NCBI GenBank assembly: GCA_032718475.1
Contig: JAUCBJ010004405.1
Location: 7,828 to 71,827 of the forward strand
DNA length: 64,000 nt
Direction: 5' to 3'
Origin: Nemertoderma westbladi
Taxonomy: Eukaryota > Animalia > Xenacoelomorpha
The position numbers were made by a program, and so were the translations under genes. The notes below the pieces were generated by a model. The model did not search any database. It had not been told where the DNA came from and worked only from the letters and a program-made list of their open reading frames with translations. Each line of letters starts with the position of its first letter. The stretch's first letter is position 1. This document shows, piece by piece, positions 1 through 11,900 of this stretch.

Positions 1-1
1 A

Positions 2-449
2 CTGTTATAGCACGTTCTACTGTGTCACAACTTTGTAATCCATCGTCCACATAAAAGTCTCGTTCTATGATTTGGATTACCTCTGGGTCATATTTATGTT
101 TCTGATCCCTAGCGGTTTGCTTAAGGGCGTACATAGTACAGTTTGGGCTGTCCCTGGCACCGAAAACGCGAACTTGCATTTGGTAAGTCGCCGGTGGTTG
201 ACTTAAGTCTCCATCCGGGTACCAGAGGAACCTCAAACTGTCTCTGTCTCGCTCTAACGCTCGCACTTGGTGAAACATCGCTTCTACGTCACAAGTAAAT
301 GCTACTTGGCGCTGACGGAAGCGCATAATCACCCCCATGAGATAATTATTCATGTTTGGTCCATCCATCAACTCACTATTGAGAGACATTCCCTCAAACA
401 GAGCCGCGCAGTCATTGACTACACGTACTTTGTCTGGTTTGTCGGGGTG
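2..449 (-). pseudogene. pol: Element A reverse transcriptase, in-frame continuation after a TGA stop
   Basis: Manual translation past TGA at 450-452 reads HPDKPDKVRVVNDCAA...DVEAMFHQV...LRFLW...FGARDSP...DFYVDDGL, typical Pao RT motifs. Confidence 0.92.
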
Positions 450-2405
450 TCACACGTAGTGATGTGGCAAGTAGTATATCTGGTCAGTCACAATCTCTGG
501 GTTTGTCATTCTGATAGCATATCCTTTCGTCAAATACGTCTCCATCTGAGTATTGTACTGCAGATGGGCTTTCTCGTCCTTTAATAAACGTTGTTGTATT
601 GAGTGTAGACGTCTTAAAGCTAGCGGATAATTATTTGTAAGTTTAGGACGTTGGTTACGCCATAGCATCCCTACCTCATAAAGTCCGTCTTTCGTCCGGC
701 GGATAGTATCTTCCATGATCTTTAAAGATTGTTTCTCTTGTTCTGACATACATGGTTCGTAACTACCGGGTTCGGCTGTATCTTGTTCTAACCACCTGAT
801 AGTTTTCTCTGTTAATTCCTTGTCCAGTGCAGCTTGTTCCACTTGATGATTTCTTAACGCGTCTTCATCGACGGGCGTTGTTGAGGTTATTGGTTGAGGT
901 AGACTCACAAGCCTTCCGGCGTTATCATCTATCGTTGATGGAACCTCTGCCTGACTCCGCTCCTTCTCAATCTTTACACTAAACTGGTGGATTGGCTGCT
1001 CTTTGTGACTTATTGTACTCGCTACACACGTCGTACTTGTAACGTTGTTGTGTTTTGTCGAACGTAGTGTAGTATGGTCCTTGTTGTGTGAAAAGGAATG
1101 AGTCGAAGTTGTAGTTAATAAACTACATGTACTTTGTACATCGTCTTCCTCATCACTTATATCTAGTGTGCGCACAGGCGCTCGAGTATACCAACCCATC
1201 GGAGTTCGACAGGCGTATGCATTTCCTGCTACGACTACCGATGGTCTGGTTTCCCACACTTGATGTAAATTGAATTGATCTGTCCCGATCAGCATTGCTA
1301 CTGATCTATAGTTGACAGGACATTCAGGTACACCAAGGTGTCTGAAATACTTACGGTCCTCTAAGGATTGTTCCGGCACTGGACCCAGTAGGTTACTAAA
1401 GTCCTTGGTGGCCGCAAAAGTCAAATCCCTAAAGGGTAACAAAGACCTCTCCTTTTCGCTGTGTTGCGATTTCGGAAGAAGAGTGTCTAAGTTTAACTTA
1501 ACTCGTGTCACTGGTATTGCACGTTGTCCATGCATACTACTTACGGTGTAACTGACGTTCTTACCTTGTCGGAGATCCGTCACGACATCAGCTACCTTCT
1601 CATCCACATAGCTGTGAGATGAGGCTGAATCCAGAATAGCGTAGATCCTTTTGCTCCCTTTGGTGCCAGTAATCTTAATAGGAATTACGCTAAAACCTTT
1701 TAGTTGGTCAGTCGTCAGAAGCGCGATCGATGGTTGTTCGTCTCCAACTGAGTATACGTCGTCGTCCTCGGTTTCTTCATCAGAAGACCCGGATTGCTCT
1801 GGGAAACAATCCCGAATATGCGTCACAAAAGTTGGTGTTGTTCTCGATTCTCGATTCTTATATGCCGTGTTACATTTCGCTGCTGCTTCCGGGTGTTCCC
1901 TTGTGAAGCGTTTGGTCGGCGTATGGCTGTCCGTATGGAGCAAACCGTCGTGGTTGCGTCCACAGGATGGACAAGTGTCCATGTTTGGACAATCTTTGCG
2001 GACGTGTCCGTGTTGAGTACACCGCCAACAAGAGTCCAATGGCCGTATCTGCAGCCGTCGTTCTTCCGAGTTTAACTCGCGAAACAACCGACAACCTCTT
2101 AACTTGTGAGTGGTGTGCCGCTTGCCTAGCTGCTCGCAGTATTGGCAACCGCTAAAGTCTGCACTCAGTTGTTGTCTGCTCTGTTTGATCCCAATAGGTG
2201 TGGATACTCTACTACCGTCCGAAAATTGTCGGGTTTCTGTCGATGTGGCGTAAGTGGCCGTCTTGGTGGATGTTGTCTGGGGTTTTTGTCGGTTTGAGGA
2301 TGGTAAGGTGATTCCTTCTGCTACGATGTGTTGGTCAGTGTAGTTGGATCGAGTCTCCACTACCGCTTCCCTGGATATTAATAGGTATACATCCTCTAGT
2401 TTCAA
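450..2405 (-). pseudogene. pol: Element A Gag zinc knuckles, aspartic protease and RT N-terminus
   Basis: CQYC..H..C, CWRC...H...C and CPSCGRNHDGLLH knuckles; LDSAS protease motif; YEVGMLWR...NNYPLALRRL; YYLPHH. Confidence 0.92.
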
Positions 2406-3394
2406 GAATCCACCCCGTTCTTCGCGCTGGTATTCGATCTTCCTCCACTCCCGACGAAGTCGATGGTGGAGTCTTCCTATGATCTTTAATAGGACTGTAG
2501 GGGTGTTCCCGTAATCGAGTTATCCAATAGATCTCAATGTAGTGATAGCGTTTTTTATTTCGTCAGCTAGCTTTAGTAAGTCGACGGGTTTAGTAATAGC
2601 CCCCCCTTACAGAGTTCCTCTATCACTGACTTGGCCATGCTAACTGTACCTCCGTAGATTGAAGTTAAGCGATCGTATGCTAACTCGAAGGCATCTGGTA
2701 CACCAACGAAAGTCTCCGCTAAGCGTTTGGGTTCTCCCGTCAAGGTTTGAAGCAAATAATTGAACTTTTCCCTTGATGTAAAAGCGCACGCCGCAATTTG
2801 AGATTCGATGTAGTCTACGAACGTGTGCCAATGTTTGGAGTTGCCGGAAAACTTAGGTGGTTGTTGCACCGGTAGTCCTTGTCTGGCTGCGAATTTGGCT
2901 ATCTCCTCGGCTACATTCAAAGTTTCGCGTCCTTGGTTGGCAATCGAGTTGATGTTCTCCCGTCTTGGCGCTTTTCTTTGATACGAGGTGGTTCTCGAAG
3001 GTATCACTCTTTGCGGATCCTTCGGGTTTCTATTGTGTTCGAATTCGGTGTTTCTCGAACTATCGGTTTGAACTTCCTCCAAGCGTTCCTCGATCTGAGC
3101 CAACTTGTTAACAACTGGTCGCAGAATGTCGGCGAACTGTTGTGTACTGATCGCGTCCGTTGGTTGTAACGCTTTCTGTGTTGGTGTATTTCGTGGAGGA
3201 TTGTCTATAAAGGAATTGTCTGAACGCTCGCGTTTGTATTCATCGGCCGCTCCTGTTCTAAACACCTCGCGTTCCGGGTAATCCGATTCGCTCGAAGTGC
3301 TGCTATCACCTGGATACGGTGGCCGATGTGCTCGCGTCCGTTGGGTTGTCCGAATTCTAACATTCCGCTTCGGAACATCGTCTACTGGTTTCCG
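2406..3394 (-). pseudogene. gag: Element A Gag capsid-like (DUF1759-type) region
   Basis: ORF 2573-3265 (PPKFSGNSKHW..F, EKFNYLLQTLTGEP) is in frame with ORF 3395-5575 across a TGA. A frameshift in the G run near 2600 and a further TAA separate it from the 450-2405 frame. Confidence 0.88.
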
Positions 3395-5575
3395 TCATTC
3401 GGTAGGCTCGCAGGTCTTCCTCGAAGTCGTAGATTGCGATGTAAACTGGTTAAGCGGTCGTGTATCCACTGGTCTCCGTTGTTCGGTAGGCTCGCAGGTC
3501 TTCCTCGAAGTCGTAGATTGCGATGTAAACTGGTTAAGCGGTCGCGTATCCACTGGTCTCCGTTGCTCGGTAGGCTCGCAGGTCTTCCTCGAAGTCGTAG
3601 ATTGTGATGTAAACTGGTTAAACCGGTTAAGCGGTCGCGTATCCACTGGTCTCCGTTGCTTGGTAGGCTCACAAGTCTTCCTCGAAGTCGTAGATTGCGA
3701 TGTAAACTGAATTCGTGGTCGCGTAATGGCGTTTGAGTCCAAAGTCCTCGTAGGTCTAAACACAGTTGGGTTTACGTTGTGCGTAACCGGTTTTGGTGTC
3801 GATGGTTGACTCACCTGTTTAGTCGTTATTAATGTAGGTCCGACTAATAAACTACTACGATCTGTAATCGGTGGGTTACTTACCTTGACTCTCGGAATAG
3901 GCGATGACGTTGCTCTTGGCAGTACAAACTTGTCTGGAATAACATACCTGTGTTCCGTTGCATCGTGTATAGGAGATATACTACTACTACCAGCAATCGA
4001 AACAGGTCCTTTATTCGTAATTGGTGCGAACATCGGAGTTACTTGCGGAAATCGTTGACATAAGTCTTTAACTAATTCCCGTTCTCGCTCAGGTGCTCCT
4101 ACGCTTCCTTCCTTCATTCGTTCCTGAATTTGACGATGTCTTACCTCTAACCGGTCTAGATCGTGTCCGTCTTGAGATCTCCTCGATCGATCGCGGGCTT
4201 GTAGATCCAGATCTTCCTTAGCGTTGGCTAATTCTCTCGCCTTCTTCTCGAGTTCGAAATGAAGTTTAACTTCCTTCTCGCGTTGTTCCATCTGTTGTTG
4301 TTGCGCCTCGAACTCCGCTAGTCGTATAGCTGATTGAGCCTTTATTTGCCGTTTTCTTAATTCGGCTCGGGCTTCCGAAACTCGCCTTTGTTCGTCCAAT
4401 TCGGCTGTTGCCGCTTGTTGCTCCAACTCAGCCGTTCGTCGCGCTAACTCAGCTGCCGCTTGTCGTTCCAACTCAGCTGCTGTCGCTTGTCGTTCCAACT
4501 CAGCTGCTGTCGCTTGTCGTTCCAACTCAGCTGTTGCTGCTCGTTGCGCTAACTCAGCTGCTGCCGCTCGCTGTGCTATTTCTAACTCCAACCTTTCCAT
4601 CTCAGCCGCTTCCAACTCGGCTTGTTCTTGTAGATGAGAGATTCTCGCAACATTTGCAACGCGTAGCTTCTCTTCATCTACCACCGCTTGTACCGTTAAC
4701 AGTTGAGTTTGTTCCTCAATTTCTCGTTGTTGTCTATAGTACTGTTGTTGCTGTCGAGAAATTTCTGACGTCACTATACTTACCTCGCCAATTTCGCTGC
4801 GAATACTCACTAATGACTGGTCCAGTATTCCCGGTGCCGATTCGATTTGTACGGGTGAAGTTTTCCTTGTATATTCCGGCACGGTTTCCAAATCGCCGAC
4901 GTCTTCGCCGCACATACGTAAGTGATCCGTCAGATGTTTCAATTGTCCATCCAGTCGGTACAGTTCTTGTTCTTCCTCGGGCTGTAACAACTCGTCGGAA
5001 ACCGACTCACCTAATAACTGGTCCGCTTGTTCCTGTTGTATCTGTCTAACGGTCATCTTAAACTGAATCAGTTTCTCCCTAGCAATCATTAATTTCTCGA
5101 GGATTCTAAACTGTGTGTCCATATCCTGTCTCTGTCTAGCTAGATCTTGTAGACCAATTAGATTATCTACAGACTTATGTACTTTACTCTGTACTCTAAC
5201 CTGTAGGGTGTAGAACTCGAACCGAGACATCGGAGCGGTCAACTCGTCTAATATGCGTTGGCCTTCTCCAATACTCCTGGTAATATGCGCCATGTATCCT
5301 CCGACGCTTCTAACCACGCTCTCCTGGCTTCCTACTGAACTTACCATGTCCGTTTCTCTATGTCTAGGTTGCGGGACCGTTAGGAAATCCTCAGTCCTGC
5401 CGTCGCCTTGTACTACGGCATCCGGTACTCCCGTTGGATGTACTGGTGACATGCACGGTGTAGGTTCGGTAGGCTCACGAGTCTTCCCCTGTGGTTCTTC
5501 CGCTTCTGACTTATCCGCATCACATGAGTCATAGTCGGTTTGTGTATTCTTCGTATAGTCTTGTTTGTCACTCAT
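3395..5575 (-). pseudogene. gag: Element A Gag N-terminal coiled-coil region (726 aa to a premature stop)
   Basis: E/Q/R/A-rich coil with ELERQATAA repeats; ATG at 5575; collinear with the gag of elements B and C. Confidence 0.85.
3398..3708 (-). repeat. In-frame 84-bp tandem repeat (~3.6 copies) in gag
   Basis: QFTSQSTTSRKTCEPTEQRRPVDTRPLN repeated; identical DNA motif at 3427 and 3511. Confidence 0.95.
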
Positions 5576-7716
5576 TTCGGTAGTTGTAAGTCAAGTAAAG
5601 TGAGTGTCAAAGTATCAAACTTACCGTATTTTATATCTAAACGGTATTAATTACAGTCATATAAAATTAGCCTACCGGTCGATTTTATAGCAGATGGATA
5701 AAATTAGCCTAGCGGCCAATTTTACAGCAAATAAATGTCACGGAATAAGTATATAATAAAATTAGCCTACCGGCCAATTTTACAACAAATAAATCAGATA
5801 ACGATATACGTTATCAAAGGGTAGATTAAATACAATAATACGGACTAATTCAGCAATAAACAAAGAAATCGTACGGAATGCATAAATACTTGAGACAGTG
5901 GAACCCACAATAATTTTAACTAATACGGTAATGCCTAACTTATTTATGCAACTTTTCGAACTCACCCCCTCCAATGATTCTCCAGAAAAACAGATTCCCA
6001 GATACAAACCGGACGTGAACCTTTCCGTTTCCAGCGTTGCGGACGAAGTGCGATTTTCCCAACCAAAGTTGTTGAGTTATCTATCTCCCAAACTTGCTAA
6101 ACACGGTCTTGCTCTCATTACAGTCTAGAAATGAGCTCTGAATCCTGAAAAACAAAAGAGTTAGGTTTTACTTTTTACGAAAATTTTGTACCGGTACAAT
6201 ATGGTATTTAAACCCCTTTAAACACCGGTATTCAATTCCAAATATTTTACACGAGGTTCAAATCAAAATTTTATTTCAAAAAATTAGCACTTAGCTGATC
6301 AAATATAAACTTTTACCTCAAAATACAAAATTTTCAAATAACTTTAGTCCTACCGAACCGTAGTTCAGTAAAACATATTCCTACTATACGAAGAGACAGT
6401 AACAAAATACCCTGCAATATCTTACTGTAAAGTTTGTGAATCAAATCATAAATCCGACCTTCTCACCAAATCAGTAAACTCTAAGTAAGCGAATATATAT
6501 ATTGCAGTATTTTGTCTCTTATAACCGGTGAGGCAGAAAACAGTCTACGAACGGACAAACTTCGATAAAACAAAATCGCGCGCAGCGAATCCTAAAATCA
6601 GGCTGACTCACTGATGGACTAAGGGGCTCGTATACTTTGCCGCGGTGTGATTTATATGGTTGAGCGAGAGAGACGCTAGCTAGGTGCAGAAAAGTCTAAC
6701 TAGCGGGCAAAGCGCAGTATGGACAAAAATTATTTTATATATTTTGAGGTGTAAATAATTTCTAACGCGCGTGTGTCTTGATTCTAAACAGTCAAAGTCA
6801 GTTTTGCTCCTTCACATATATAATTACTGGGTCCGGTGTGCATTTTACAAATATTCTAATTTTGTAACTTGTAGGTCCAATACTCACGAATGATAAGGCT
6901 CCTTCCCCTTTTGTGTATTTCCAGGACTCAAATTCAGGCATAAGGTTAATACTACGCCCAGAATTCGGCAATTTAATTTACCAGGTCCCTAATACTAAGA
7001 AGAAATGTGTTAGTTTACTACAGTAGGCGTACAGTTACTAATAGCTAGCCTGGTGTTCTTATCTAGAATTTTGGTTGCCTAGATGGGCACGGCAACTTCC
7101 TAACAGAATGTTGGCGGGGACACGATAGATGTTAGTATCCCTAATAGCCTCAATTTATTTTGCGCCTAGTAATAAACTGCCCTACCGCCTGAACGGTACA
7201 ATCCTAATTCAGGTAAAACACAGTAACCCTTCTGGCCTACAAGTTCTAATGCAATGGACACCGTTGTACTACAAATAGTCACAGACGCACCTGTACTTAG
7301 CAAGAGTTAGGCGTACAGTTTGCTGCACCCTACCAATGTGTATGCCTTGTACCGGTGTGCCTGCATCCTATCTGTGTACTAGTATCTCTGTCTGATCTCC
7401 TCCTCTCCCTGTAGGAATATGAAGGTCTACTGTGGGTTTTTCTTTGAATTAAGACAGTACGGTCCCTAGATGTAAATTTTAGCGCACAGTGTGTCACTAC
7501 CTCTACCTTCGATCTTTGGTCTTACACTTAAGTAGCAAGGCATTGAACGCTGTCTAACCTTTCAGGCGATGGGCGAATAACTAAGAATGATATTGCGGGT
7601 TGTCTCCTCCTACATTCCTCAGATGTTCCCGTTCATCGCTGTGGCCCGATGTTTAGCCTGCCATCCTGTCCCTCAGTTAGGTTCACCGTGGTAAAACATG
7701 ATAGAAAAAGGGCAGA

Positions 7717-8240
7717 TGTAACAAGTATTTCTAACTTTTATTACAAAAGATATACGTAAACGTAACAAGAAACTAATAGATAACTAATAAGTGATAATGT
7801 AGTAAAGTTATAGATTAGGATAAGCAAGATTGATGGTTAACTAATGAACAAAATCGCACCTTTTATAGCAAATTTGTGCTGCAATCAATCGAGAAAATTC
7901 TCGATTGTTCTATGAGTTCTAATAGGTTTTTAAAGATAACTATTGGTCCAGCGAATATATAACTTGCATGACATTGGTTACTATCTAATAACTGCAATCC
8001 CATTGGTTAATCTACTTCGAGCAAATGCAATTTAATTTGTAGTGGTTAATTTAAATGAGTTGAAACTTAGCACAAAAATAATTCGCACCTACTAAGATTC
8101 GAACTCGATACCTACTACATATAATTTCCAACGCTTTACCGACTGAGCTACTGAACCACTTGAATAATCATCATACAAATAGATATAGTAAATACAAATG
8201 AGGACTTAATGTAATCTTTATAGCAAAGTTAATTCGAACA
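7717..8240 (-). repeat. Candidate 5' LTR of element A with Pol II promoter
   Basis: Minus strand TGTTCG...GTTACA, three CCAAT boxes (~7942, ~7973, ~8002), TATAAAA (7861-7867), AATAAA (~7737-7742). About 2.1 kb upstream of the gag ATG, as in element C. The partner LTR is not in the window, so the ends are inferred. Confidence 0.55.
8085..8157 (-). ncRNA. Degenerate tRNA-like Pol III cassette
   Basis: GGTTCAG-TAGCTCAGTCGG (A box)...GAGTTCGAATC (B box), tRNA-sized, followed by TTTTT. Acceptor and anticodon stems do not pair, so it is not a functional tRNA. Confidence 0.6.
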
Positions 8241-8955
8241 AAATAAAATTTTGAAAATCCACGGCATTTATGAGAATATAATTCTATATAATAATTAATA
8301 TTTAGGATGGGCACCAGTTTATTCCAGAACTTGTCTGGAGACGTTAACCACTGATTCTAGAAATTTGTATATCGGTGGGTGCCGCGATATCTTAATCGAC
8401 TAGAATTACAGATGGTCAAAGGGTTTAACAGATTTATTTGCGTTGTACGCTACTGTTAAAGGGACATCACGCTACTATATGTATTATTTAATGTACGGTA
8501 TGAGAGCAATATCGCACGAAGCAATGTCAGTGAGAAGAGGCAAGTCGTTTCCAAGGTCTACCCAGAACTTGGTTTAGCCGAGACACGAGGATCTGAATTT
8601 TGCATTCCTAATACTCTACTTTACCAATAATACTTGAATATAGTAGGAGCTTTATTGTACTTTAATAAGTACGGACATTTCATCTTACTGTAGTCACGTA
8701 TTTTTAATGTAATACGGACAGTAAGGAAAGAGAAAATAATTATTTCTCGCCGTCGCACTAAATATATAATATATAAGTAATTAAGTAATAAACACTAATA
8801 TACATTGCACTAATCTACTAAATAATCGCTAAAATAACATTCTACCAAATAAAATTAAAGAAAACGATTATAATAAAATTACATAATAATACATACATAA
8901 ATATAAAATGATAAGAATATAAAATAATATGGTCACACACCCACTCCATACGCTA

Positions 8956-11900
8956 CTAAGCTGGGGAGTCCCTAGATGTTTGTTGGATTAGGGAGGTGGT
9001 CGTGGGAAGAGTATCTTGTCTTCCATAGTTTCCGGAGAGTTCTCTGTCTCTTTCCAGTAAACATAAGCGACCAACTGGGCGATTGAGCTGCTGTGTCTCG
9101 AAGACAATTCCTGGTTTCTTGAAGTTACGTCGCATGATGACGAGTTCTACCGATCGCACCAAACCGTCATCCGAGATGTGAGTCTCAATGATACGACCTG
9201 TCTGCCACCGCTTACGTGGAAGATCTGCATCCACAATAAGGACCATGTCTCCAGCGCTGACGTTTTCTTGCTGCGCAAACCACTTAGTTCGAAGTTGTAG
9301 CGTGGGCAGATAATGTTTTTCGAAATGGTCAGCGAAACGACGGGATAACAACTGCATGAGTTGCCAAGTTTGCCGGCAGTATTCGTCTCCGTCTGTGATT
9401 TCCGATTGTGGGAGCATGGCTACAGGTTTCTTCAGTAGGAAGTGCGCGGGTGTTAGCGCTTCCAGGGAATCGGGACTCGATGAGACTGGCATAAGCAGTC
9501 TCTCGTTGAGATAGGCGGCGATTTCCTCCATTAACGTCCGCAAAAGTTCGTCGGTGAGATACGCGCGGCACGGCACTATAAAGAGAAATGCGGTCTTCAC
9601 ACTTCTAATTAATCTCTCCCAACTTCCTCCCCACCAAGGGGCGTCGGCGGCGTTGAAGGTCCAGCTAGACGCTGTTACCTTTAGCTGATCGTCCACCTGT
9701 CTTTGGTTCCAATCTTTGACGTAATCTTTGATTTCATTGTTGGCACCAATGAAGTTTGTTCCCTTATCAGATCTCATCGTGTTGCTAGTTCCAAAGCGAG
9801 CGATCTGTTGTCGTAAGCTTAATAGGAAGCTGTTGGTAGATAAATCGTTCACCATATCGAGATGGATAGCTCTACAAGTCATACAAACAAAGATGACACA
9901 CCATCTCTTGACTATAGTCCTAGCACGATATACTTCAATAGGGCCAAATAAATCTACACCGGTATTAGTAAAGGGTGGTTCATAGAAGCTTACTCGTTCC
10001 CTAGGTAATTCTGCCTCTCGCTGTGTTAAAGGCCTACTGAATGCTTTCCTACAGGGTATGCAGTTCCTAAGAACTTGGTTCAGAGCTCTACGCGGTTTAT
10101 AAAAATAATAGCGAGTTCGAATTTCGCTAAGAACTCGTTCTCTACCAGCATGATAAAGTTTGCTGTGAACATCTACAATCATCTTGACTTGTATTTCAAG
10201 ATTTCTAATGAGTATGGGAAACTTAGTGTCAAAGGATAATGGAGCATTCGTTAATCTTCCTCCAACACGTATCAACCCATCTATCATTGTGCTAGCGAAA
10301 CGATCTCTTAAGCGCATCTGTGGATTTCTCAACAACAGGAAATACTTATCGGAATCATCATAGCATTGCAGGAGTCTCAGCATCTGCTTGTTGGTTTCTT
10401 CATGCTCCTGATAACCGATCTTCTCCTTCAGAAACCTGTCGGATATCTTATATTTGGGAAGATCTTTAACAACATGGACCTGCACCGATGTCAGGGGAGC
10501 GGTATCACCTTTGGTCTTCGTCCCGGAGTAGTGATGATGAAAACATCTTTTTAAATATGTAACGGCTTTACAGAGCCGATTCCAGGAACTGTAGTGATGT
10601 ATCGCTCTCTGCAGGAGAGGTAAGAGTCCTTGCGAGACGTCTGGTATTCCAGATTTCCAATCCTTCTCACGGATTTCCACAACAGACTTATTTATGGCTG
10701 TGGGTTTCTGATCCAAAGCGTCGTCTCCGGAAGTATGTAGTACAGACAGATCTACCATAGGTTTGAATAACTTCGATTTACTCGCCCGAGTTTTAGGTTT
10801 GACTTTCTCCGCTCCCTTGGCCTGTCTGATCTCTGCCGTAGTAAGATGAGGAGGCCATTCTTCTTCTTCTTTGTAGAGGAAGTCGGGTCCACCTAACCAG
10901 TCTGGAGTATCTACCAGTTCTTGTGGAGTAGCTCCCCTGGAGGCGATGTCTGCTGGATTGATCGTTCCGGGGCAATGTCTCCATTGATCCATTGTCGTGC
11001 GACTGAGTATAATAGCTACTCTGTTGGTAACGAAGACGCTGAACTGACAGACTTCATTGGTTATATACTCCAACACGAGTAAAGCATCGGTCCAATAGAC
11101 AGTTTTCTCCAGTGGATAGTCAATCTGTTCTGTTACATTCCGGCCGATGGCTGTAGCGTATAGAGCCGCTTTTAACTCCGCTCGAGGAACTTTCAACTTG
11201 TTGTTTATCAATGCCTTAGAGGTAACCAAGGCGACCTTGATTCCATCTGGAGTTTCCACTCTTAGGTAGGCTACTATACCTATTCCCATATCGCTGGCGT
11301 CTTCAAACACATGGAGTTGATAGGAATACGTAGGGAGAACATGACCAAAATATGAACGGGAAATTATAAAGTTCTCGATGGCTGGTAGAGAATCTTCCCA
11401 TTTCATCCACTTCTTTAATAATTCTCCCTTAAGTGGATTGTCCCATGAGTGGTTTTCAAGCCACATTTGTTGTACTAAACTCCGAGCAATCAATATAACT
11501 GGGCTAATAAATCCCAATGGATCGAAATAAGTGCTCAGGATACTTAAACAAATCCGTTTAGTCCGAACTGGATTATCTCGCTGTTTTAGCTGGAAAAACA
11601 GGATATCTCTCTCTGTGTCCCATTTCAAACCAAGTGTCTTGGTTTCTGGAAGATCATCTTTGATTAGATCTAGGTCTTTCGCTCCTCGATCTTCTACCGG
11701 GATCGACTCCAGAAACTCACGGGAGTTGCTGGTGAATTTAGTTAATCGAAATCCACCTCTTTTTAAGCACTCTACCGTTCCTTTAGCTACATCAGTGGCT
11801 TCTTCGACTGATGGAAGGGACTTTAGATTGTCGTCCATGTATATATCCCGTTTGATGTTGTCAATCACCTCTTTAGAGAAGGCTTCTCGGTTGTCATCCG

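Larger units (their letters stand above)
1..8240 (-). mobile_element. BEL/Pao LTR retrotransposon A (decayed; 3' part lies beyond the left window edge)
   Basis: Contiguous Gag (coiled coil, DUF1759-like PKFSGNSKHWHTF, Cys/His knuckles), protease (ILDSASSHSYV) and RT (TCDVEAMFHQV, FYVDD at 42-53), broken by stops and a frameshift. Upstream boundary inferred from a promoter-bearing TG..CA segment. Confidence 0.9.

Noticed and set aside
4408-5049. Plus-strand ORFs opposite gag and pol (also 11531-12187, 16379-16795, 57111-57581)
   Set aside because: Antisense shadows of coding or repetitive sequence with no independent motifs.
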